From the NCBI GenBank assembly GCA_001938485.1, contig MQRK01215205.1, positions 1 to 49,858 of the forward strand: a stretch of 49,858 nt of DNA, in the 5' to 3' direction. Both the position numbers and the translations under genes were made by a program. This document shows, piece by piece, positions 22,648 to 33,700 of this stretch (position 1 is its first letter; each line of letters begins with the position of its first letter). The notes beneath the pieces were generated by a model that was not told the origin of the DNA, ran no database searches, and saw only the letters and a list, made by a program, of their open reading frames with translations. The stretch comes from Girardia tigrina (Eukaryota).

Positions 22648-23789
22648 ATGACAAACGATGAAAGACTTTCTGAGAGTCATAATGACTTTAAATGTGATTG
22701 TAATAAACATTCAAACAAGACTTGTTTAAATATTCTTAATATGGTGACACACGACCACGTGACACCAGTTATCAAGGGACCGGAGACATTCGATGGGTCA
22801 GAAGTAAAATTAGAAGAATTTATAATAAGCTTTGAGAGATATTCAAAGATTTTGGGATTTAAGGAAGCAAGAAAAGCAATATTAGTTACAGCATTCATTA
22901 CCCCAGAAGCGATAAACAAATATGAGAAGACACAAGGAGGAAGCTGGGAAACAAGAATGAGAAGTACATTCTCAAAAGAGAAAAATATTTTAGAGATAGT
23001 GAAGGAGCTTGTAGAGATTAGAATCGGGGATAAAAATCCATCAGAAGTATTTAAAAAGATTGATGAACTAGTGGAAAAACTAGTTGAGAAAAAAACTAAG
23101 AAAAAAGGAACTTTCAGATCTAGCGTACGCCAATGCCATCGAAGATATAGAAGTAAGAAGAGAAATGACTCTGAGAAATGCCACAAAAGCAGAAAATATA
23201 AAAAATATCCAGGAGAAAATTTACGAATTTGAGCATAAAGACAGGAATATAAGAGTGGACTCGTACACGACAAAGGAAAATAAAGAATGGAAGAAAGTAG
23301 AATATAGCACAAGAAGACCGAGACCAAGATACGAAGAGAGAAAGATCGAAGAACCAAGAAGAAATTTTAATGCGAGAAGGATCACATATCGGGCCTGCCA
23401 TGAAGAAGGACATGTGAGACGGGAATGCCAAAATGTTAAATGCAGCCATTGTAATAAGAAAAGGCATGTAATAACACAATTTTATGAAAATTCAAACAGA
23501 TTTAGAGAACGCGAACAATCTGGAAGAGAAGATACAAGGAATAAAAAAAAATGAACGAAAAGAATACACAAACACACAGTACAGAGGTAGGATGGGATAT
23601 ACGAATAGAAGAGACCAAGTAGCAGAATTAGAAGACTTCGATGACGAGTGCGAAAGAATGTCGGAAAGATCAAATAAAAGAGGAAGTCTAATAAGAAGAG
23701 AAAATATTACAAACAAGAAAAATGTCAGAGACGAACAGGGAAACGAGGAGGCACGGTCACAGGGAGAAGTGATCAGTGCACATCACTAA
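22648..23789 (+). pseudogene. gag: gag of family B element (two frameshifts, two zinc knuckles)
   Basis: PETFDGS capsid-like motif, YRACHEEGHVRREC and CSHCNKKRHV; homologous to 43919-45070. Confidence 0.85.
23738..23779 (+). promoter_or_regulatory. Putative -1 programmed ribosomal frameshift signal (G GGA AAC plus hairpin)
   Basis: X XXY YYZ heptamer in gag phase, followed 6 nt later by a GCACGGTCAC/GTGATCAGTGC stem. The -1 frame is open toward the protease. The same stem occurs at 45032-45062. Confidence 0.75.
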
Positions 23790-24013
23790 GAAACGAATGT
23801 ATGTGTATGTTTGACTATATGAATGATTGTTTGTATGATGACGTATGTTGTGTATGGGATACTGTTGAAAATATTCGTCAAGAATTGTGTATATTAGATG
23901 GTGAAAAAGAAATACACAATGAGATGAAGAAAGATGATGAAAGAAGCACAGAGATAATGAAAATATCAAAGTTTAAAATAGAATATGAAGAACGAAAGGA
24001 AGACCTAGTATAG

Positions 24014-27000
24014 GATTTCAAATAAAGAATAAAAAAGTACGATGTCTACTGGATACAGGAGCACGAGTCAATGTAATTAAAGTAGACGTACTCAAAAATA
24101 TGAAAGATATCAAAATAAAGGAGACAAAAAGACGTATACACTGTGTTAATAATTTTTTAGGGTCCAATACCAATTTAAAACATAACCATAAAACAATTAA
24201 CAAAAATAATTAAAACAAGACTTTAGAAGATAATACATATATTGAAAATGCATCACAAATGTAGGAGCCCATACAAGGAATTGAGAATTTCGAGGAGGGT
24301 TGTTGGGTCTAAAAAGAAGAAAGTAATTAAAATATACCCGTAAAAACGATGAAGCGACTTACTGAATGATCCGTTGGCACTATGAGGTCAACCGACCCCC
24401 CATGCGTAGCCCCGTAGATAATAAATCCAGGAGTGGAGCTTGAGAGGCCGCGAAATGTTCCGAAGAAAAGATATACCCCTGTAAAGAATCAGAAATTAAT
24501 TAACCAAAACAAAGACTAATTAAAAACTTACCATGAATCACCCGAAAAGTCCAAAATTAGAAGTCGGCTGACAATTTTTCTGAGTCATTGATGACTCGGC
24601 TGCATGCGAACTCCGAAAATGTTCAGAGTGTGCCACGACACACAGGCAAGGTTCCTATAATAAAGGAAAATTTTTAAAAATTTAAAATTTTTACGAAGAC
24701 ACACCTACCCGAATCGACCAATCCGCGTGAAGGAAAAGTCCAGACACTTGCCTGGCAGAAATCAATTGGCCCGCGAGTAGGGTGTCTCACCAACCCTATA
24801 AATATGTTAATCACTTTATCATTATGACACAATATTAAAACGCACCTTGCAATAGTAACAATTTTAAAAACAATTTTTGCGAGTACCAAATCTCTTACGA
24901 CATTTTGAACGAGTTTCAATCCGACGAGAATTCCGACGCCGTATTTACCGAAGAATCTCGAGCGACATACTAGCAGTCCGACGAATTAGGAGCGCAACAA
25001 AGCTTTTCCGACTTATTGACGAGAAATTCACAGGTGTTTCGACCCGAACGACGCGCCGACGAGCGAAGCACTATACACAACTTACCAAGAGCGACTTACA
25101 GAACGGACCTCCGGACGCCTGCATCATCATTGTAAATTTAATTTTTATATTTTATCTCAGTGTAATTGTGTTATCAATAGTTCAATTATTTGTCAATGAT
25201 TAAAATAAATGTATTCGAATTTCTATTTTATTAATTAGTTTACAGAGTTTTAGTAACATTTCAGTCGTAAAGTTTTCCACTAACAGTCGTCGCCGCCGAT
25301 CACCGTCCTCAATATGTCCACCAGGGTAGTGGAACAACTCGTTGAGTATTTTGAGAGCGTTCTAGAAATCGTCCACGAGCCCGAAGTAAATAACAATGCT
25401 CTCCGAAACGAACCTCAGTTAGTTATTATCGACGTGAGGTCGATATCGTGGAGTGAGATGCTCGAGACACGCGAGTATGACGGCCTGACCCCGCAGAGCG
25501 AAAGTTGGTAATCGCGGTTGTAATCGAGCGGATAAAAAATATATTTTTTTGTAAATACGAGTTTATTTTCATTTTAGTTCTTTAGAATTTGTCTGATGCA
25601 TAACTTATCTTAGTTTTAGCCTTGTTTATAGTTCGACAAATTAAGACTTATTTAATGATAACTTAATTTTAGTGGATTTAATTATTTTATGATTGATAAA
25701 TTAGTACTTAAAGTAATCGAGGAGCATCTCAGGAGTCGTACGACATAAAATTAACCTAAGATGGAATTAACCGTTTGAAGGGTAGAGATACATGGAATTA
25801 TGTTAAGATGGTAATCTTTTAGAGACGTCTACATGTATTTTCGCTGCTATAAGTTCGTAAAAAGAAAATTCGTTTAACAGTTCCGTCCCGAATTTATGAA
25901 AAATTTTGTTGAGGAAAATTCCGTGGAACCAAGTTCTGAATTTATCATTATCGTTCATCGTTTTACACTTCTGAGTTAGCTAGTAACCGTTATAATCTAT
26001 TTCGACCTCATGCCCGCCGATGTTAAATAACAAATTTTGTATCACCTTGGTTACTATTGAATTTAATCGATGTAAATATTTTGATCGATCGGATAGAGTT
26101 AAAATTCACGAAAACATTATAGATAAAAACGGCTCCAGTAAAGAAAATAATTAAGGCTAATTACTCAAGTTAGTTGTCTGCATTCTCTCGATTTAATAAC
26201 GCGATTTGAATTTCGATTCCGTGTTGCTAATCAAAGGTCGAATTCCGATAATTGAAACAAACGTTCTTTTATGTTTATTTATTCGTTTATATTTATTGAT
26301 TTACTTTTAACTTATTTTTATACGTTTATTATTTATGACCGAATTTAACTGATTTTACTGAAAAATTCAGAATTTGATTTTTATAAACATAGTTTTATTT
26401 TAAAAGAAATCGTTTTATTCTTAAATCACCAATTTAGTAAGCGGGAATTGATTTGGAGAAATCAAGGTTTAAGAGAAATTTATTGATATGAAATAAGTAA
26501 ATGTAATAGTAAAAAATCTAATAGTTTATGAATTAAATTAGATTGTCATTTAATGATTTAATGGTTTTAATGATATTTAAAATTTAATAATAATAATAAG
26601 AATCTAATTTAATAACAATATTCGAATTTAATGCTATATAGAATTTAACTTACGTTTTATAGTCCTATTAGCGAATAGTTTATTTTGCAATTAGAATTTA
26701 GAGATTTAAAGCAACCTATTTTACCGGTAATAATTTTATAGATTAAGCGATCGATTGAAAAGGAATATTCACGACAAATGAACCTGGATGTTTCATTATT
26801 TGTTTTGACTTCGATATGGAAGCGAACCAGTTGAAGTAAAATTTATAAGGTAAATTTTTAAAGGAATGATTTACGACCGAATTAGAGATAGTCCGTCGAG
26901 ACATTAATAAATTGGATTGAGTTGACACTGATCGGTATAAATCTTAAGAATATAATGAACATCGACACGAATAGACTAGTACCAATCGGATCGATATGAG

Positions 27001-29545
27001 TAGGGCTATAATACGTGTAAAATGGGAATATCCGAAGTTGCTATTGATTGTCGTTTCTTTAGTGTTGCGATAGTATTCGATATGTAAACAACAATTTTTC
27101 GTGATACAATAAAGTTAATAATTATAGTTTAAAATCATACCCGAGCGACGCTCAGCTAGGTGGGGGGCTCATAGCCCATCCCGTCTTTATCGGAACCCGA
27201 AAGTCCTTCAAACTCGGCACTGCCAGGCAGATGTCGAGCGAGAAGAGACGTCCGACCCGACATATAGGTAGAAATAAGTAAACCTTATAATCGATGTTGG
27301 GTTGTGGTTGACCCTTAATAGCCACTGGGGGCTCAAGATCTTTCAAAAATGTTTATGCTCAAGAGGGTCGTGACAAATTCGGAACTAGTAAATTACGGAA
27401 TAGTACAACTAAAGATTAAGATTGAAAGAATACAGAAAACAGTGGATTTTTTTGTGGTAGAAGATTTGGAACCCGAAATGATTGCAATAATAGATTTTCT
27501 AAATAAATTCAACATAAAACTAAAGAAAAAAACAGGATACAACGAAGGAGAGCTGGTAATATGTGATACTTTAACTGACGGAGACAGACTTAAAAGAATA
27601 AGGGAAATATACGCAGATAAGATAGATGAACCATTAATAAAATTACTAATAGTATATAAAACGATATTTATGGCGGACAAATGGGATATCGGAAAGACCA
27701 CACTAACTAAGCATAAAATTGAAACGCAAGGAGAACCAATATTGGTAAAACCGTACTGACAGCCAAAACACTTTGAGGAAAAACTAGATGATATTATCAA
27801 GCATTATGAGGAAAATGATATCATTGAAAAATACAGTTCGCCGTGGTAGTTTCCACTAGTATGCGTATGGAAAAAAGACAAACAGGATATCAGAGTATGT
27901 GTTGATTTTCGACAATTAAATAAAGTCACAATCAGACCAGCATTTCCAATGCCAAATGTAGAAGAAATGCTAAATACATTAAATGGAGCGAAATACTTCA
28001 GCACGATCGACTTGGGGAGTGCATATCATTAAGTTGAATTGGAGAACGATTCAAAATTAAAAACTGCATTTTCGACAAAGAACGGCCAATATTGTTTTAA
28101 AAGAACGCCATTTGGAATTGCAGCTGCCCCAGCGACTTTTTAAGAACTAATGACAAGAGTGTTAGGAAAATTAAACTGGAAAGAAGCAGTTGTATACCTG
28201 GACGATATTCTAATCTTCGCAAAAGACAAAGAAGAACATTTCAGACGAGTCGAACACATATTTCCAAAGATTAAAGAATCGGGCCTTCAGATAAACCTTG
28301 AAAAGTGTCAATTCATGGTAGAAAAGACAAAATTTTAGGATGTCGTGAGCAAAGATGGTATAGAGACGGATAAAACGAAAATTGAAACAATTGACAAATT
28401 TCAAAATCCTTCATGCATTAAACATTTAAGAAGTTTCTTGGAGCTAACGAACTATTATAGAAAATTTTTTAAGGATTATGCAAAATATTCAAAAATACTG
28501 GTAGGGCTATGTGGTAAAAATAAAGGTAAAAAATTGACATGGACAAAGGAATGTGACGAAGCATTTCAGACATTAAAATTTCAGACAAATATTGAATCCC
28601 TATGAACAGATCCCTAAGAACAGACTTTATGGAAGATATACATAAAATGTTATGCCATGCAGGAAGTAAGAAAGTATACAATTACATAAAAGATGATTTC
28701 GATGTGTATGAAATAAGACAACAGATAAAGAAAATCGTACAAAGTTGCGAAAACTGCTAGAAAAGGAAAACGCTGACGGCAAAAACGAAAGAAAAACACA
28801 TTAAACAATCTACCGACGAACCATTTCAAAAAATTTACATGGACTTTTGCGGACTATTCAGAATGACTATGAATGGATACCGATACATTTTAGCAATAAT
28901 CGATCAATTTAGTAGGTACATTAGCTTGATCGCAGTGGCACACCAAGACGAGAAGACTACACGAAATGTACTATTAGAGAAATAGATTTGCAAATTCGGA
29001 TCACCAAAAGAAATACATATTGATAGAAGAAAAACTTTCGAATCAGCACTCTTTAAAGAAACGACGAAGAAATTTAAGACGGAGATAGTCTATGCAAGCC
29101 ATTATCACCACAACACTAACGGGATCATAGAAAGACAATTCAGAACAATAAGAGACGCCATAAATATACGATTAAAGGATGAAATGCATAGAGATTGGGT
29201 AGAAATGTTGGCAGAAATAGAATTCATGTTAAACAGTACATTTCAAGCAACAACAGGAATATCTCCAGTCGAGATAATCTTCGGAAGAAAACTAAGGCAT
29301 TGGTGGAAAACTACAACAGAAGGAAAAAGTGGAGAAAAAGAAAATAAAAATATAACTGAAACAAAGCGAATATTTCGGGTCGGAGAAAAAGTTTTGATAA
29401 AGAAAATTTACCAATCAAAAGATGATGACTGTTATATGGGACCAACTAAAATTATAAAGCAAAGACACGAAAGAAGTTATGAGATACAACTATAGGACGG
29501 CAGGATCCTGATCAGAAATGTAGAATAGCTAAAGCCATTTAAACC
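24014..29545 (+). pseudogene. pol: pol of family B element: protease (split by insertion), RT, integrase; RNase H deleted
   Basis: LLDTGA at ~24045; RVCVDFRQLNK, PFGI and YLDD at ~28195; HKMLCHAG, MDFCG and HHNTNGIIER; many stops. RT abuts integrase at ~28580. Confidence 0.9.
24155..27375 (+). mobile_element. 3.2-kb nested insertion, probably a long solo LTR
   Basis: Interrupts the protease between HCVNN and SELVNYG with TSD AATT. Ends are T(T)TTAGGGTCC...GGGTCGTGACA. No pol-like ORF is present. Confidence 0.65.
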
Positions 29546-30746
29546 GAGGGGGATGTGAGAAATATTTTAATTTGTTTGAATGTGTAAATGTATGGACGGG
29601 GTATGTTGATTTAAGCATGTTGAATTTAGAATGGTGATTCTCCCACCTAGATGGAAATTGGTATTTTTTATTTAAATTTAAAGTGATTGACTATTCGAAC
29701 ACAATTAAAATTAAGTTTAATATTTTTTAGTAAAATTTAAATTAAATGCATTTTTAATAATTTGATGACATTTTTATTATTTTAAGAGTTATTGAAAAAT
29801 GGTAAAAGTTATTATTTTTTTAATTAATATTTTTAGAGGCTGAATATTTTAAAAAATAATTTAGAAAAATTGTTCGAATAATCATGATTAAAAACAGAAA
29901 TAAGAAAATCAATTAGAAGGATGACAAACGATGAAAGACTTTCTGAGAGTCATAATGACTCTAAATGTGATTGTAATAAACATTCAAACGAGACTTGTTT
30001 AAATGTTCTTAATAAACATAATTATCATTGTCTTTATATGTTTCTTTTAAATCAATTATTTTAAAATCCATTATTTCCCAATTCATTTCAAAATAAGTTT
30101 TTAGTTTACAATTAAAATTTGATTATTTCCGAAAATAACTTTTTAAAATTAATTAAGGTATGTTTTTTTTTTACTTTTTACTCTTATTTTACATATAAGT
30201 TGTTTGTGTCTTAGAGTAATATATGTATATTTTTGTATTTTAATTCTGTGAATGATCTAAAACAGCTACTTTACATCCACCACTTCTAATTAAAGGGAAC
30301 CATCATCTTAGTTTCGACAAGACAAGGAAAACCTTCTAAAATTAGTCCGAAAAAATGCGACTAGTGTTACTTGATTCATCTTTCCATGGTTCAGTTATAC
30401 AATAAGGAATGCATAGAGAGTACATTGAAGTGGTTCGTGGTCGACGCTAATGTTCGTGACGTGATAAATAAAGCATATTAAAGTCTATTAAATGTCATGA
30501 CCTAAAATAATATTAGTCTACTTAAAAAAATAACATATACAAAGTTTATCCGTCATCATATTACGTCTCCTTTTCTTTGATATTTTCATACATTAATAAT
30601 ATTTAAAAGTTTATTTAATTAATAAAATACATATTTTAGCATATATTAACTGTCGATACACCGGAAACAGGTTGTATAACGTAAATAAATAAATTTTATT
30701 ATTATAAATATTTATACTGATCGCATATTTTTTAATTTATTTTTTA

Positions 30747-33700
30747 ATGTTGTCTTTTATTTTAACTATTTCTCTTTACTTATTTCTCTTGCAAGAATCT
30801 TCTTCGTCCGAAGATCAAAACATTATCGATCTATCGAATGTCGATTATTCCTTCAAACCAGGAAATAGTTATGATGAGGTTGAGTTTGGGAATTATTTGG
30901 AAATAACGAATATAACAGTAATATATTATTAAAATATTGGAAAAATATTTATTTATTATTATTCTTCGTAGACGAAAGACTGCAGTAGATGTTCATTTTT
31001 TAATAAGTTTAAGATGAAATGTAGAAAGGACGATTTTATTCAGGTTAAATTCGAATTTCGAAAGAGCATCTCCATGCCCTATAATATTTCCTGTGACGAT
31101 CGATATTCGAATAGATATTATAAGATTAATATGAACATAGAAACTGGACCGAATGAGATGTCCTTATCTTGGACTACGACACCCTTCTCTGAGAAGATCC
31201 GACATTTCATAGTCTCGTGTATTAACAAGTGAGACATAATTATTATGAGTACATTATTAAATAAATCAACATTAGCAGTGCTATTCATACCAGTTATATT
31301 GTCAAACTAAACCTCGAGAAGCCTACATTCTCTTATGTACTAACTAATTTAAAAGAAAGATCTTGGTATCAGATTTGCATTGCTCCAGTTGATATGAAGT
31401 GGTTCACAGGACGATTTACATGCAAAAGGGTTTTTACAGACATTTCGGAGACAGGACCGGTGACCAATATTACCATGGTAACTGTGAAGGACAAAATAAA
31501 ATTATCGTGGAGTAAACCAACAAATAAGTACGACAATCCTCACGGATATATCGTCAATATTACTCAAGTAAATTCCGGATGTCGATTATATATAATTGAA
31601 ATGGTAAATTATGAATTTGTTATTATTCATTTTTTACTTAATTCTTAGATGAATATCAATATTATAACAAATGATATTTGCTCAATCCAAAGGACCAAAC
31701 TTGATCATAACCCCAAAGAATTTTATTTCGACAATTTATCTACAGTTTCAGATTTCCGCATTGAGATTCATCCAATAAATGGAAATAAAGCGTTTAGGAA
31801 GGAGGTTCTTTTCGTGAATAGAGACGGTAATTTAATGACATTTATTATTTTTGTAAAACGTATTTCTGCGTCCAAAAAGCGATATCAGCTGGTATTTATT
31901 TCAAAATATAATTATTTTTTCCTCAAATTCTATTTTCAGTGTAATCTTTGCAAACACGATTGCTTTATTTCAAAATACTTTGCAATCCTCGAAACAGGAA
32001 TTAAATTTACTTTCTGGAATTACTTTCAGAGCGAGTAGCAATTTGAGTTTCTTTGAGTTTAAAGAAAAGTGAAAAATTATGCAAAACTTATTTAAGCAAC
32101 ATAGAAGCTTATGTAATGATAAAGATTGAAGTTGTGAAAAAATCCCGAAGAATAAGTACAGTTTAGAGCAGGCCTGCCCAAGCACACAAATTTCAGTCGA
32201 TATATAACTAAGAACCGAAAATATTAAAAAAAATTCTTCCTTTGAAAATTTGATTTTTTGATAAAACTTTTTGCATATCGAAAAAAATTTTAAGAAATTT
32301 TGTTTTTCTGAAAATTCTTTTATGCAAATTGAAAAGAAATGTTTGCTTGATGTAAACTCGCATTAAATAATTATAATAATTATAATGATAAAAAGAATAG
32401 ATTTAATTTTAAAAAAGTGATCAATTAAAAAATAAATTACCAAGGAATTCAAGAAGTTAAAAGAAAATTAATCATTTTATCTGTGACAACTCCAGTCTAC
32501 GATAATTTAGTGTCTTACGTTCAATCATAATCAAAGTCTTTCGTTGAATATATTTCTCTCCTGATCGAAATTATTTTACCCATTAATCAGAAAAATCAAT
32601 TCCAAATCAATGGCGGATTCAGGGGACAAGTCTGGAAGGTAATTATTTCATAAATAAAATTACTAAAATTAAGGAGTCCGATTAAAGTGTTTTATCAAAG
32701 TATATGTAAAAAACCACATTCCTGTTTGGAATACTTATCGTTATCCTTGGATAATAGGTGAACTCTGCGAGCTAGAGTCGTTCATTGGAGTGCATTATTT
32801 GCATCTTCTCTCTATCCTACTTCTGGAGCATCTGCCACAACCGTTGTAGAAGTGACAGTCGCTGCATTTGACGTTTTTGTTCCATATCAGAGTACAATAT
32901 TTGAAATTGGAGACAATACACATTCGTCTCAGATTATTTGTTGTCGTCTCTGAAAACTTTAATGTTTTGGGTATTTGTTTCTTTTTCACTTGACTAGGAA
33001 CCCAAATAAGCTACCACAATGGTGCCCAGTCGAACTTTATATCCTTTGTGGTGCTTTTTGGACTCCTCTTTCAACTTTTTATATTTAGCCTAATTGTTTT
33101 TTCTTGCTTTCTTAAGAATTTTAAGCGAATTGTACGGTGTTTTGACATCGATCTGTCAGTGTTCTTTTGTATATTTATTGAATATTTGTATGCCAACTCT
33201 GCTTTTCGAGTCAGATCACGCGCACTCACGGTCTTTAAGTATTTGTAAAATTGATTTTTCCGATGATATTGTTTCTTCGACAATCTACATCACCGCATTA
33301 TGTTTGTCAATAATCATCAGACTATTTCTTTTACAGAGACACAAGACTGTATCTGTGTTTCTGTACCTTTGTAGCACGCTCAAACAAGTGTTTCATTGCG
33401 AGGTTTTCTCGGTTTGTAGTTAGTCGGAGATTGTTTGTTCTGGCAGAGTGAAAAAATTGTCATTCTTAGTTTGTAATATTTTCACTATACATGACATGAA
33501 AAGTACCTTTGTTGTCTGTAATTGCAACTGCAGAGATTCCAACCACCGTTTTTTGATCCACTTCATGAATTGTAGTCTTGCATAAAAAAGACGGGACTCG
33601 GAGGAGATTGAGTGCATGGGAGTTTTAGAAATCAATACCGATTCCGTATTGGTGTTGATCTTTAAACATATCCACAATTAGTTCGTGGTGAATCTTGATT

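Larger units (their letters stand above)
22282..30014 (+). mobile_element. Full-length gypsy LTR retrotransposon (family B), defective
   Basis: LTRs 22282-22741 and 29554-30014 (about 15 differences by eye), 5-bp TSD AACAT, PBS-like TGGTGAC at 22742, polypurine tract at 29546-29553, gag with zinc knuckles, and pol in PR-RT-IN order. Confidence 0.95.

Noticed and set aside
22677-23357. 226-aa minus-strand ORF
   Set aside because: Antisense shadow of the purine-rich gag, with Phe/Ser/Leu-biased composition.
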